From Caldisericia bacterium (GTDB lineage: Bacteria > Caldisericota > Caldisericia > JAAYUI01), in the NCBI GenBank assembly GCA_963674785.1, contig OY771555.1, forward strand, positions 1,888,001 to 1,952,000: DNA of 64,000 nucleotides, in the 5' to 3' direction. The translations under genes and the position numbers were made by a program. Within the stretch, counting starts at the first letter, position 1. Each line of letters starts with the position of its first letter. Under the pieces are notes generated by a model, which saw nothing but the letters and a program-made list of their open reading frames with translations, was not told the origin of the DNA and ran no database searches. Below, in pieces: positions 21,144-32,155 of the stretch.

Positions 21144-21167
21144 AATAATAGTTGAAAGGAAATATTC

Positions 21168-22328
21168 ATGAATAACAAAAATTTATGGATCGTATTGACA
21201 GTTTCTCTAGTAATAATAGCATTCGGTGCTGGAATGTTTGCAGGATTCCTTGTAAACACTAAAACAAGCCCAAATGCAAATATTGAGCAATACCAAACAC
21301 TAAGTAAAGCGGTTAACACATCTCTTGGTTCATACTTTGTTGAGCTTGATGATGAAATTCTTGCAAAAGCGCTTCTAAACGGACTTGACCCATGGTCAAC
21401 ATACTTTAACAAAGAAGAGTTTGACCAATTTCAGGAAGCAACTACTGGCGAATACTCAGGTATCGGTGTGATGATCTCACTTGATGACACAAGACAATAC
21501 GCAAGGTGTACAAGAGTTTTCAAACCATCACCAGCAAATGATGTTGGAGTCAGAGAAGGATGGCTGATAAAAGAAGTCAACGGAGAAGATGTTGTTGGTA
21601 TGAATCTTGACCTGATTGTCACCAGGATAAAAGGAACAAAGGGAACAGATGTTGAGATCACCTTCCTTGATGATGGTGTTACAATCACAAAAACAATTAC
21701 TCGTGACAATATTGTCGCAAATTCAGTTTTTACCGAACAACTCGATGGAAACATTGGATACATTGAACTGATGTCCTTTATGCCAGACAGCCCAACCGAG
21801 ATGAGTAAAGCAATTGACCAGCTTTTAACAAGTGGATCAAAGCAATTCATTCTCGATCTCAGAAACAATACTGGTGGACTATTAAGATCGTGCCAACTAA
21901 TCGCAAACCAGTTTATGGAGCGTGGCCCACTTGTGCATGTTGTCGACAAAAACAATAGAAAAGAAACGCTCAGTACAACCGGAACAAGATTCCCATATGA
22001 CATTGTTGTTTTGACAAACAGATGGTCTGCATCTGCATCAGAAATCCTTGCGGGAGCATTCCAGGATAGAGGAATCGCAAAGATTATAGGAAACAGAACA
22101 TTTGGTAAAGGTCTTGTCCAACAGATTTTCCCAGGAATTGATGGTTCGGCAATCAAACTTTCAATTCAACAGTACCTCACACCAAATGAACACCAGGTTC
22201 ACGGATTTGGAATTGCACCAGATATTGAAATGAACCCTGATCCATATCTTTTTGAAAGAATACCAGAAGACAAAAATGAGGATTTGGTAATACAAAGAGC
22301 AATTGAGTATCTAACAACCGGGGAGTAA
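21168..22328 (+). CDS. ctpA: C-terminal processing peptidase S41 with PDZ
   Basis: GIGV PDZ, LDLRNNTGG, SASASEI, TFGKG. Confidence 0.92.
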   Translation: MNNKNLWIVLTVSLVIIAFGAGMFAGFLVNTKTSPNANIEQYQTLSKAVNTSLGSYFVELDDEILAKALLNGLDPWSTYFNKEEFDQFQEATTGEYSGIGVMISLDDTRQYARCTRVFKPSPANDVGVREGWLIKEVNGEDVVGMNLDLIVTRIKGTKGTDVEITFLDDGVTITKTITRDNIVANSVFTEQLDGNIGYIELMSFMPDSPTEMSKAIDQLLTSGSKQFILDLRNNTGGLLRSCQLIANQFMERGPLVHVVDKNNRKETLSTTGTRFPYDIVVLTNRWSASASEILAGAFQDRGIAKIIGNRTFGKGLVQQIFPGIDGSAIKLSIQQYLTPNEHQVHGFGIAPDIEMNPDPYLFERIPEDKNEDLVIQRAIEYLTTGE

Positions 22329-22341
22329 AAGGAGATCAGTT

Positions 22342-24942
22342 ATGAGTTGGCATTCAATATCATTAAATGAAATCTTTGAAAAGCTCAAAACCACTAAAGA
22401 TGGTTTGAGCAAATCTGAAGCAGTAAAAAGGCTGGAGACTTATGGGAAAAACAAGATTGATGTAAAAGAGGGTAGCACGATCTGGCAGATGATCATTGCT
22501 CAATTTATAAACCCCCTGATCATTATTCTAATTCTCGCTTGTGTTGCTTCATTTTTTACTGGGGAAATAATTGATGCGATTGCCATTCTTGTAATTTTAG
22601 TTTTGAATGCCGTTCTTGGAGTAATCCAGGAATACAAAGCCGAAGGAGCCCTCGAAGCATTGCGCGAGATGAGCGCTCCACATGCGAAAGTTATCAGAGA
22701 TGGTCAAACAAGCGAAATCCCATCGCAAGACTTGGTTCCAGGGGATGTTGTTGTTATTGCATCCGGTGATCTTGTTCCAACTGATTTAAGGTTGACTGAG
22801 GCTATTGGTCTTGCCTGCAATGAAGCAATCCTGACAGGTGAATCAAAACCAGCCAAAAAGGATGTCAAAGCAGAGGTTGAAGAAAACGCTACATATGGCG
22901 ACAGATATAATACAGCATTTTCTGGAACAACTGTGACAACCGGCAGAGGAATTGGTATCGTTGTCTCAACTGGAATGAATACGGCAATGGGTTCAATTGC
23001 TTCCAGCCTTGCTAAAGTAAAAAAAGAAAAAACACCTCTCGACAAACAGATTTCACAACTCGGACTTATTTTGGGAATTGTTTTCCTTGTTGTCTGCGGA
23101 CTTGTTTTTGGGATCAAGGTTTACATAAGTGGAGATTGGACATCACAGCTCCTGTTTGCCGTATCTCTTGCAGTTGCCTCCATTCCTGAGGGGCTTCCTG
23201 CAGTTGTCACAATCGTTCTTTCAATTGGTACAAGCAGAATGAGCAAAAAAGGTGCGATAATCAGACGGTTGTCATCTGTTGAGACTCTTGGCGCAACAAC
23301 AGTGATCTGCACAGATAAAACAGGAACTCTGACCGAAAACAAGATGAAGGCAGAAAAAGCTGTTGTCAATATGAATATGGTTGACCTCTTCAGGGAAAGA
23401 CCGGATTCTCTTGGACCAATGGCAAAGATTTCTGCAGGTTGCAATGACGCAACATACAATAGTGACGGAGAGTTCACAGGTGACCCCACAGAAATCGCAC
23501 TTCTTCAGTTTGCAATGAGCCTGGGAGTTGAACAGAAGTCAATCCCACAAAGAGTTGATGAGCTTTCATTCGATTCAAAAAGAAAAGCAATGACCACAGT
23601 TCATCTCGAAAAGGATAAACTTTACGCCTACACAAAGGGAGCATTTGAGGTAGTACTCGATATGTCATCCCAAATGCTTCTGAATGATAAAGTTATTGAA
23701 ATCGATGACAAAATGAGGGATGAGCTTAAGAAACTCGGTTCTGAGATCACCAATGAAGGATACAGAACAATGGGTTTTGCTTACAAATATGCCCCAAGCA
23801 CCAATCCAGATGATAGGGTTGAGGAAAAAAACATGGTTCTTGTTGGATTCATTGGATTAAATGACCCAATAAGAGCAGACGTTCCTGAGGCTGTCGAGAG
23901 ATGTAAAAAAGCCGGAATAAAAACTGTTATGGTTACTGGAGACCATCCAGAAACAGCAATGATTTACGCTAGGAAGCTGGGGATTGCTGATGAGAACGAT
24001 AGAGTAGTTACAGGCAAAGACTTTGTTGAGATGGGAGATAAAGTTGATGAGATAATCCCAAAAACAAAGGTTTTTGCCAGAGTTGCCCCAGAACACAAAT
24101 TGAGGATTGTTGATGTTTTACAGTCACAAAACAACATCGTTGCAATGACTGGAGATGGAGTAAACGATGCTCCGGCACTTAAAAAAGCCGATATCGGTGT
24201 CTCAATGGGAATCACAGGTTGTGAGGTTGCAAAAGACTCCGCTTCACTAATCCTTACAGATGATAGTTTTTCAACGATCGTCAGTGCAGTTTATGAGGGT
24301 CGAGTTATATATGATAATATTAAAAAGTTCATATGGTATATGCTTGGTGCAAACATCGGTGAGGTTTTTGTTATCGTGCTTGCTCTCATACTCAAACTCA
24401 GCGAAGTACCACTTGAACCAATCCAACTGCTTTGGATCAACCTTCTGACTGATAGTCTGCCTGCTCTGGCAATCGGTGTTGAACCTGCCGAAAGCGGAAT
24501 TATGAACAGGCCACCAAGAGATCCAAAAAAGAAACTAATTTCTGGTTCTTTCCTGGTTGATACAGTTATCCGTGGTTTCATAATGGGTCTTTCAGTATTT
24601 ATTGCCTTCCTGATAGGTAGAAATGCTGGAGGACACATACTTGGTGTAACATACGCATTCACGACAATCGTGATTGCGGAACTCGTTCTTGCGTATGCCT
24701 GCAGATCATTTACCAAATCTATGTTTGAAATGAAACCATTTGCAAACCCTCAAATGCTTGGCGCAATTGCTATCTCCTTCCTGCTCTTCCTTCCCACTTT
24801 CTTCTTCCCTGAAATCTTCAAAACAACAACTCTTTCAATAAAAGACATCGGAATTATTATTGGACTGGGACTTATTCCAGCAGTCGTTGTTGACATATGG
24901 AAGTTTATAAAAAGGGCATTACATAAAAATACTGCATTATGA
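22342..24942 (+). CDS. P-type (P2A) cation-transporting ATPase, probably Ca2+
   Basis: LTGES, IPEGL, DKTGTLT, TGDGVNDAP. Confidence 0.93.
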   Translation: MSWHSISLNEIFEKLKTTKDGLSKSEAVKRLETYGKNKIDVKEGSTIWQMIIAQFINPLIIILILACVASFFTGEIIDAIAILVILVLNAVLGVIQEYKAEGALEALREMSAPHAKVIRDGQTSEIPSQDLVPGDVVVIASGDLVPTDLRLTEAIGLACNEAILTGESKPAKKDVKAEVEENATYGDRYNTAFSGTTVTTGRGIGIVVSTGMNTAMGSIASSLAKVKKEKTPLDKQISQLGLILGIVFLVVCGLVFGIKVYISGDWTSQLLFAVSLAVASIPEGLPAVVTIVLSIGTSRMSKKGAIIRRLSSVETLGATTVICTDKTGTLTENKMKAEKAVVNMNMVDLFRERPDSLGPMAKISAGCNDATYNSDGEFTGDPTEIALLQFAMSLGVEQKSIPQRVDELSFDSKRKAMTTVHLEKDKLYAYTKGAFEVVLDMSSQMLLNDKVIEIDDKMRDELKKLGSEITNEGYRTMGFAYKYAPSTNPDDRVEEKNMVLVGFIGLNDPIRADVPEAVERCKKAGIKTVMVTGDHPETAMIYARKLGIADENDRVVTGKDFVEMGDKVDEIIPKTKVFARVAPEHKLRIVDVLQSQNNIVAMTGDGVNDAPALKKADIGVSMGITGCEVAKDSASLILTDDSFSTIVSAVYEGRVIYDNIKKFIWYMLGANIGEVFVIVLALILKLSEVPLEPIQLLWINLLTDSLPALAIGVEPAESGIMNRPPRDPKKKLISGSFLVDTVIRGFIMGLSVFIAFLIGRNAGGHILGVTYAFTTIVIAELVLAYACRSFTKSMFEMKPFANPQMLGAIAISFLLFLPTFFFPEIFKTTTLSIKDIGIIIGLGLIPAVVVDIWKFIKRALHKNTAL

Positions 24943-25508
24943 GAAAAGGAATTCTTTTCATTCTCTCTGGACCATCAGGTGTTGGTAAAACTACGATCTC
25001 AGATGAGCTTTGCAAAGTTGAGGAGATATTTGTTTCAATATCAGATACAACAAGAGAAAAAAGAGACACCGAGATTGATGGGGTAGACTATAACTTCCTT
25101 ACAAACGATGAGTTTATGGAAAAAGTTGCTCAAGATGGTTATCTTGAATGGGCAAATGTTCACGGCAACAACTATGGCACCCCATCGAAAAATATCCTTG
25201 AAAGAATAGATGCTGGATTAAACGCACTTCTTGTAATTGATGTCCAAGGTGCAAGGCAAGTCAGAAATAAAATCAGTTCATCGGTATTGATTTTTTTGCT
25301 TCCACCTACTATAAATGAACTCAGGAATAGACTAGATGGCAGATCGACCGATGAGGAGTCAGTTATCATAAAAAGAATCAAAAAGGCTGAGGATGAGATA
25401 AACTCTTCCTTGATTTATGATTACTCTGTGGTAAACCACAACATCGCGCAAGCAACTAGTGATGTTGTAAAAATTATAGAAAACTGCAAATCCAGGAGGA
25501 TTTCATGA
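24939..25508 (+). CDS. gmk: Guanylate kinase
   Basis: SGPSGVGKTT, TTR, EWANVHGNNYGT, IDVQG. Confidence 0.96.
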   Translation: MRKGILFILSGPSGVGKTTISDELCKVEEIFVSISDTTREKRDTEIDGVDYNFLTNDEFMEKVAQDGYLEWANVHGNNYGTPSKNILERIDAGLNALLVIDVQGARQVRNKISSSVLIFLLPPTINELRNRLDGRSTDEESVIIKRIKKAEDEINSSLIYDYSVVNHNIAQATSDVVKIIENCKSRRIS

Positions 25509-25810
25509 TTGATAGAGCAAAGATCGAAAAGTTTGTTGAGGAAATGGAAGGAAACAAATACCTTGCCACACTTCTTCTCATTAAAAGGGTATCACAACTT
25601 CAGGAAAGACAAGAGAAACTGATCGCTGGTTCACAAAGATTTATGGTTGAACAGGCTATTGACGAATACCTTGAGAAAAGAATTGACTTCGAATACCGAA
25701 GACCAGAGGCAGTAAAACCAATTATTGATGAAGACATACTAATTGGCGAAGAAGAACTCGAAGATTTATCTTCAGAGGAGCCAAAAGAAGAAGACGATAA
25801 AGAGGAGTAG
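25505..25810 (+). CDS. rpoZ: RNA polymerase omega subunit with acidic tail
   Basis: NKYLATLLLIKRVSQL..AIDE pattern and gmk-rpoZ synteny. Confidence 0.8.
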   Translation: MIDRAKIEKFVEEMEGNKYLATLLLIKRVSQLQERQEKLIAGSQRFMVEQAIDEYLEKRIDFEYRRPEAVKPIIDEDILIGEEELEDLSSEEPKEEDDKEE

Positions 25811-26449
25811 ATGTCTGTTCCAGCACTGTTCATTTTGTCATATCTTTTCGGATCGATTCCATCAGGGTATCTGATTAGTAAACTGTTCCTAAAGTCTGAC
25901 ATAAGAGAATTAGGAAGCAAACAAATTGGAACTGCAAATGTGACCAGACAACTAGGTTACCCTGCTGGAATTCTGTGTTTATCGTTTGACATCCTTAAAG
26001 CATTGATACCCATGTCTATTGCATTTTACTTTTTTCACCAACCAATGTGGGTGACAGCGATATGTGGGATAATGGCAGTATTTGGACACGACTTTCCAAT
26101 ATTTCTTAACTTTGATGGTGGTGGTGGAATGGCTACCTCCATGGCAGTTTTATTCTTTATAGCACCACTGCATTTCTTTTTAATTGCACCATTTGCACTC
26201 GCAAGCTCTCTTATCACGAAGTATGTAAGCTTAGCAGGAGTTGTTATGTACTGGGGATTTGGCGTTGCGACTTGGGCAACAGGTGGTCCAATGGCTGCGG
26301 TTTATACTGCCACCACACTGGTTTTTTTGGGATTCGTTAAACAGGTTCCATGGGCTGTAAAGAACCCACCAGCAAAATTTATGAAATCAGGTTTTATTGC
26401 TTCAGATTCAGACCCTGTAACATCTGTTGAATCACATCAAGCAAATTAG
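25811..26449 (+). CDS. plsY: Glycerol-3-phosphate acyltransferase PlsY
   Basis: YLFGSIP, DIRELGSKQIGTANV, GHDFPIF..GGGGMAT. Confidence 0.9.
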   Translation: MSVPALFILSYLFGSIPSGYLISKLFLKSDIRELGSKQIGTANVTRQLGYPAGILCLSFDILKALIPMSIAFYFFHQPMWVTAICGIMAVFGHDFPIFLNFDGGGGMATSMAVLFFIAPLHFFLIAPFALASSLITKYVSLAGVVMYWGFGVATWATGGPMAAVYTATTLVFLGFVKQVPWAVKNPPAKFMKSGFIASDSDPVTSVESHQAN

Positions 26450-27206
26450 TACCTGCAACCTTATCATTAAAATCTAGGTGAACTAGAAACTCATGATTTC
26501 CATCATTTCCTGTAATTGGCGAGAGGGTTGCATTTCTAACAACACCACCGATTGCAACAATTCTAATCAAAGCCTCTTCAACTGCATCTCTTAGGACATC
26601 AAGTTTTCTTATCACTCCGCCTTTGCCGACTTTTTTTGGTCCAGCTTCAAACTGAGGCTTCAAAAGCCAAACAATCCAACCAGGCTTTTTCAAAATCGAT
26701 TTCAAAGGTTTTATAACCTTATCTCCGGATATAAACGAACAATCAACAACAGCACATTCAGGAGCTTCTGGAAAATCATTAGATGTCAGATTTCTTGCAT
26801 TTGTTCTGTCCATCTGAATCACACGATTATCATTAACCAGAGTCGATGCTAATTGCCCATATCCAACATCGATACAGTAAACTTTATGAGCACCATTTTG
26901 AAGAAGACAATCAGTAAAACCACCAGTGGAAGCACCAACATCAATTCCAATTAATCGATTTGGGGTTAAATCAAAAACCTCAAGAGCTTTTTCCAATTTA
27001 TAACCACCTCGACCAACATATTTCTGGGGTTCTTTTATCACAAGTTCTGCATCTTCTGGCACGAGCTGAGATGGTTTTGAAACTCTTTGATCTTTATATG
27101 AAACTTCACCAGCAATAATCAAAGCTTTTGCCTTGCTTCTGCTTCCTACAAGAGGATTGTTTGCTAGCAATTCATCTACCCTAACTCTTTTTATCTTTTC
27201 TTTCAT
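26394..27206 (-). CDS. tlyA: TlyA family rRNA methyltransferase (S4 + FtsJ-like)
   Basis: RVDELL..SRSKAKALI, YVGRGGYKL, DVGASTGGFTD, KPQFE. ATG 27206 preferred. Confidence 0.93.
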   Translation of the reverse strand: MKEKIKRVRVDELLANNPLVGSRSKAKALIIAGEVSYKDQRVSKPSQLVPEDAELVIKEPQKYVGRGGYKLEKALEVFDLTPNRLIGIDVGASTGGFTDCLLQNGAHKVYCIDVGYGQLASTLVNDNRVIQMDRTNARNLTSNDFPEAPECAVVDCSFISGDKVIKPLKSILKKPGWIVWLLKPQFEAGPKKVGKGGVIRKLDVLRDAVEEALIRIVAIGGVVRNATLSPITGNDGNHEFLVHLDFNDKVAGTNLLDVIQQMLQGLNLKQ

Positions 27207-27235
27207 TTGACTGTTTCCCTGAACTGTTTTATTAT
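27207..27235 (+). promoter_or_regulatory. mfd promoter
   Basis: TTGACT-17 bp-TATTAT. The -35 abuts the divergent tlyA start codon. Confidence 0.55.
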
Positions 27236-27249
27236 CTTGTTTTGGTAAC

Positions 27250-30200
27250 ATGAGAGATTATATACCATTTTTGTCATCAAAGAAGATTGCAAAGGAAATC
27301 GAAGCGCTTTCCGCAGGAAAGCGTGATCAACTCTACATTGATGGACTTAGAGGAAGCGATTTAGTTATCAATATCGCTCAAATGTGTAATCAAACTGGAA
27401 ATCTTCTGATTGTTTGTGGCAACGAACAAAAAGCACTCAAAATGCACCAGGAGCTTGACGCAGTTCTTGGAAATGCACCCGTAAATAGGTTGTTTTTCCC
27501 TCGTTCCGATTCAATTCCTCTAGACAAAACAAGAAGCTCCGTCAACATTATCTCCTGGCAAATTTCAACCCTATACCAAATAAGAAACTCAATGGGTTCA
27601 ACAATTGTTACGACTTCCCTGCCTGCATTATACGATTGCCTCGTTCACCCAAAGGTGCTCGAAGATAGCGCCAAGATAATCAGCAAGGGAGATATGATTT
27701 CCCTTGATACACTAAAAAAGATGCTTTACGAACTTGGATACAATCCAGTTCATCAAGTTGAAAATGTTGGAGATGTGGCCGTAAGAGGTGGAATAATTGA
27801 TTTCTTTTCATCATCATCTCCAAACCCATACCGCGTTGAATTTGACGTTGACGTCATCGAGACAATCAGAGTCATCAATCCATCTACACAGCTTTCAACG
27901 AAGCATGTTGAGTCTTGTCTTCTGCTTCCTGCATCACACATAATTCTCGACCAGGAAACAATAAATAGTGCAATCGCTCAGATAAATATGTTCTTGTTAA
28001 CCGTTCGATCATCAAACTCTGAGATTCAAAAAAATATCACTTCAGAAATAGAACACATAAAATCGGGAGTGAGATTTTCAGGAATAGAGCACTACACTCC
28101 ATTTTTCTACGACAACACCACAAGGTTACTTGACTACATGGAAAACATCCCGGTTGCTTGGATTGATCCAGACGATCTGACAGAGGAGTACAGTAGGTTT
28201 AAACGTGACGCAATGGATGTTTACGTGACAGGTCTCAAAAGAGGAGAGCTTCTTCCTCAAAGAGAGCTAGATGATATAGAGCGACTTGAATTCCCACATA
28301 TAACTCGAAAAAATAGAAAGATTTTGATTTATCCAAACAGGACTGAATCCCCAAACGATACAAAAAGACTTGGAATCCAACATCCTCAACCTGATCCACT
28401 CATTGGCAGACTTCAGGACATGAGCGACTTCATCAGGAACAAAAAATCTGCGGGTTATAGGATAGTCATTGCTACTAAACAGCCAACAAGAGTTGCGGAA
28501 CTTCTCTCGGGACATGATTTCATCAAACCCGAAAACCTACCAGTGGATCCAATAGAAGATGAGTTTATTGAACCATTCGTTGATATCCTAAACATATCTC
28601 TTGAAAAAGGGTTTGAGGATAGAAGAAAAAAGAAACTTCTTCTTACAGACCAAGAGCTTTTCGGTTGGAGAAGGAAGATCGGAGCAACAAGAAGATATCG
28701 TGGCGGAGCTCCAATTAAGTCAATCAACGAGATAAACCCAGGTGACCTTCTTGTGCACTTAACTTTCGGAATAGGAATATATCGGGGATTAAAAACGGTA
28801 ACTGCTGCAGGAATAACAAAAGAGTACCTCCAAGTAGAGTATTCAAAAGGTGACAAGCTATATATTCCTCCTGAACGATTAACACTTGTACACAAATACC
28901 TCGGAAACCCCGAGACCGTAACAATAAACAGACTCGGTGGAAAAGAGTGGCCAGAGGCTCTTGCAAAAGTTGCAAGAGGAACAAAGGATATTGCCGCTCA
29001 GCTTCTTAAAATATACGCAAAGCGTGAGCTTGCAACCGGTAACTCTTACAGAGGAGACAATATCTGGCAGCAGGAAATGGAAACCGCATTCCCTTATGAA
29101 GAAACCGAAGATCAATTAACCGCCATCCACGATGTAAAAAAGGATTTAGATAGTAAACAACCGATGGATCGATTGATATGCGGTGATGTGGGATATGGAA
29201 AAACAGAGGTTGCAATCAGGGCAGCATTCAAGGTATTAACAAGCGGAAAACAGGTTGCGATGCTCGTACCAACAACAATTCTTGCAATGCAGCATTACAG
29301 CACATTCAAAGAAAGGTTTGCACCATTTCCGATAAAGGTTGAACAACTCTCAAGATTCAAAGGGAAAACAAACCAAAAGAAAGTCTTAGAAGGGCTTAAG
29401 GATGGGACAATTGAGATGGTCATTGGTACACACAGGCTACTCTCAAAAGATATTGAGATCAAAAACCTTGGACTTCTAATAATTGATGAGGAACAGAGAT
29501 TCGGTGTTGAGGCAAAAGAAAAAATTAAAAGCCTAAAAGAGAATGTAGATGTCTTAACACTAACTGCCACACCAATCCCAAGAACGCTTGAAATGACGTT
29601 GCATGGTGTAAGAGAAGTCTCGCAGATAAACTCTTCACCTGAGGGAAGAAAACCAGTTAAAACATACGTTTTACCATACTCCGAGAAAACTATCAAAGAA
29701 GCAATTGAAACTGAAATTGCACGTGGCGGACAGATTTATTACGTCAACAACCGAATCAAAGGTCTAGCCTCCATCCAATGGAAACTTGAAAAAATTGTGC
29801 CCAAAGCAAGAATTGCGATAGCACATGGACAGATGAGTGAAGAAACCTTGGAAGAGATCATGATCGCCTTCTATCAGGGAGAAATTGATGTTCTACTGTG
29901 CACAACAATCATTGAGTCTGGATTAGACATTCCATCAGCTGGAACTTTGATTGTCGAGAATGCTCAAAACCTTGGACTAGCTCAAATGTACCAGCTTCGC
30001 GGAAGAGTTGGTAGATCTGAAAGAAGAGCATATGCTTACTTCCTTTATCCGAATGAAAAAACCTTGACCGACACCGCAAGACAGAGATTAAACGCAATTA
30101 GAGATTTTGTTGAGCTCGGAGCAGGACTCAAAGTCGCAATGAGAGACCTGGAAATAAGAGGTGCTGGGAATATCCTTGGCTCTGAACAATCCGGTCACAT

Positions 30201-30741
30201 TTCTGCCATAGGATACGATTTATATCTTCGTATGCTTGAGGATGCAAAAAAAAGGATTAAAAATGAGCAGGAAGGCAAGAAAGAAAAACCGGTAAGACAG
30301 AGAGATTTTGAGTGTAGTATAGACCTCAGAATCTCAGGATATATTCCAGAACGATACATTCCAGATGAAGCTTTAAGAATTGACTGCTACCAGAGAATGA
30401 TTGAAGCAAAAAACACCGCTGAGCTTAAAAAAATTGAGGATGAGCTAGAAGATAGGTTTGGACACGCTCCTCCAGAAATTGAATCTTTGTTTGAACTTGT
30501 AAGGCTTAGAGTCCTTGGGGCGAATATGGGTATCACTCAAATCGTTGAAGACAACCTCACAATTAATTTCCACTTCGGTCCAGTCACAAGACTTAGAGAA
30601 GATTTCTTGGACAGATTGTTATCAAGATTTGGTGAACGGACAACTGTTCGACCAAACATGATAAGAATCAGAAAACTCAGGGAAAACCCAATCGAAATAA
30701 GCAGAGAATTCATAAAACTCGCCTGCGAGGAGGACAATTGA
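27250..30741 (+). CDS. mfd: Transcription-repair coupling factor Mfd
   Basis: UvrB-homology region, RID, GDVGYGKTEV, DEEQRFG, QLRGRVGR, TRCF C-terminus. Confidence 0.98.
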   Translation: MRDYIPFLSSKKIAKEIEALSAGKRDQLYIDGLRGSDLVINIAQMCNQTGNLLIVCGNEQKALKMHQELDAVLGNAPVNRLFFPRSDSIPLDKTRSSVNIISWQISTLYQIRNSMGSTIVTTSLPALYDCLVHPKVLEDSAKIISKGDMISLDTLKKMLYELGYNPVHQVENVGDVAVRGGIIDFFSSSSPNPYRVEFDVDVIETIRVINPSTQLSTKHVESCLLLPASHIILDQETINSAIAQINMFLLTVRSSNSEIQKNITSEIEHIKSGVRFSGIEHYTPFFYDNTTRLLDYMENIPVAWIDPDDLTEEYSRFKRDAMDVYVTGLKRGELLPQRELDDIERLEFPHITRKNRKILIYPNRTESPNDTKRLGIQHPQPDPLIGRLQDMSDFIRNKKSAGYRIVIATKQPTRVAELLSGHDFIKPENLPVDPIEDEFIEPFVDILNISLEKGFEDRRKKKLLLTDQELFGWRRKIGATRRYRGGAPIKSINEINPGDLLVHLTFGIGIYRGLKTVTAAGITKEYLQVEYSKGDKLYIPPERLTLVHKYLGNPETVTINRLGGKEWPEALAKVARGTKDIAAQLLKIYAKRELATGNSYRGDNIWQQEMETAFPYEETEDQLTAIHDVKKDLDSKQPMDRLICGDVGYGKTEVAIRAAFKVLTSGKQVAMLVPTTILAMQHYSTFKERFAPFPIKVEQLSRFKGKTNQKKVLEGLKDGTIEMVIGTHRLLSKDIEIKNLGLLIIDEEQRFGVEAKEKIKSLKENVDVLTLTATPIPRTLEMTLHGVREVSQINSSPEGRKPVKTYVLPYSEKTIKEAIETEIARGGQIYYVNNRIKGLASIQWKLEKIVPKARIAIAHGQMSEETLEEIMIAFYQGEIDVLLCTTIIESGLDIPSAGTLIVENAQNLGLAQMYQLRGRVGRSERRAYAYFLYPNEKTLTDTARQRLNAIRDFVELGAGLKVAMRDLEIRGAGNILGSEQSGHISAIGYDLYLRMLEDAKKRIKNEQEGKKEKPVRQRDFECSIDLRISGYIPERYIPDEALRIDCYQRMIEAKNTAELKKIEDELEDRFGHAPPEIESLFELVRLRVLGANMGITQIVEDNLTINFHFGPVTRLREDFLDRLLSRFGERTTVRPNMIRIRKLRENPIEISREFIKLACEEDN

Positions 30742-31964
30742 ACTACTCCTGGATAATTGAAAATGAAGTGATGATCTCATCACTTCCAGATTCTGAAACC
30801 ATGCTTCACCTTCTCAAATCAGCTGGTATAAGAGCAATTGTATCTACTGAAAGGATTCCTTTTTCTGGTGAAAAACTTGAAGAGTTTGGTTTTTTTCATT
30901 TTGATCTACCAATCATAGACTACTCAGTGCCAACATTAAAACAGCTCAAAGAATTCATCAGATGGACAAAATTTATGAGGGATATGAATCAACCAATCTT
31001 GATTCACTGCATGGCTGGATACGGCAGATCGGCAACCCTCTGTGCATGTTACCTTGTCATCGAACACGATATGACTGCTGATGACGCCATAAAAGAAATT
31101 CGCGAAATCAGAAGCCTAAACTCGGTTGAAACCAGCCAACAGGAAAACTTTGTTCATGAAGCAGAATACTTAAGAGACATTATAAAAGATGAGGATGAAC
31201 AAAAGTTCTACAACTGCAAAGCGATGGTTGATATTCTCAGAAAGAGATGTCCCTGGGATAAAAAGCAAACATCAGACAAACTAGCAAATAATATTCTCGA
31301 GGAAAGCTACGAGGTTACTGAGGCAGCACTCTCAAAAAATACACAAGCATTGATCGGAGAACTGGCGGATATATTTCTGTTAACACTTATGATCTCAAGA
31401 GTTGAATCAGAAACAAGCGATGTAGGTTTTAAGTCTGTCATGGACTTTATGCTCAAAAAGTTTAAAAACAGACATCCACATGTCTTTGATGTCTCAAGTG
31501 TAGATACTCCCGATAAAGTTGTAAAACAATGGAGAGAAATCAAAAAAGAGGAGCCAAAAGAAATCCATAGTATAACCGAAATCCCAACAGGTATTCCTCC
31601 ACTCGGCAGAGCAGATAGAATTATGTCATTTGCGAAAAAACAAGGATTTGACTGGGACAATGTCTCGAGTGTTCTTGAAAAAGTTGATGAGGAGATTTCT
31701 GAACTAAAAACTGCAATCAAATCCAACAACACGGAAAGCATTGAAAATGAATTTGGTGATGTTTTCTTCTCAATGCTTAATCTCGCGAGGTTCTTATGGA
31801 TAAATCCCGAAAACACTCTGACAAAAACACTTGATAAATTCACCAAAAGATTTCATTTCATCGAAGAAGAATCTAACAAAATGAACAAACCAATTTCAGA
31901 TATGACACTTGATGAAATGGAGGAAATCTGGCAAAAATCCAAGACCGAAATGCTGGAGAACTAG
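30738..31964 (+). CDS. mazG: Dual-specificity/tyrosine phosphatase domain fused to tandem-domain MazG pyrophosphohydrolase
   Basis: N-terminal [10 protein letters not shown] (CX5R). C-terminal [49 protein letters not shown] before TTG. Confidence 0.9.
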   Translation: MNYSWIIENEVMISSLPDSETMLHLLKSAGIRAIVSTERIPFSGEKLEEFGFFHFDLPIIDYSVPTLKQLKEFIRWTKFMRDMNQPILIHCMAGYGRSATLCACYLVIEHDMTADDAIKEIREIRSLNSVETSQQENFVHEAEYLRDIIKDEDEQKFYNCKAMVDILRKRCPWDKKQTSDKLANNILEESYEVTEAALSKNTQALIGELADIFLLTLMISRVESETSDVGFKSVMDFMLKKFKNRHPHVFDVSSVDTPDKVVKQWREIKKEEPKEIHSITEIPTGIPPLGRADRIMSFAKKQGFDWDNVSSVLEKVDEEISELKTAIKSNNTESIENEFGDVFFSMLNLARFLWINPENTLTKTLDKFTKRFHFIEEESNKMNKPISDMTLDEMEEIWQKSKTEMLEN

Positions 31965-31966
31965 AA

Positions 31967-32155
31967 ATGGCAAAATGCGAAAACAATGTCTCCTGCAATT
32001 GCACATACCCATGTGACAAACACGGCAAATGCTGCGAGTGTATTGCATATCACAGAAAAAATGGTGAACTACCCGCTTGTTATTTCAACAATAGCGATGA
32101 AAAAACATATGATAGATCAATTGAATTCTATGTAAAATCGAGAAACATAAAATGA
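31967..32155 (+). CDS. Small Cys-rich protein (DUF6485-like)
   Basis: [27 protein letters not shown] pattern. Confidence 0.75.
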   Translation: MAKCENNVSCNCTYPCDKHGKCCECIAYHRKNGELPACYFNNSDEKTYDRSIEFYVKSRNIK

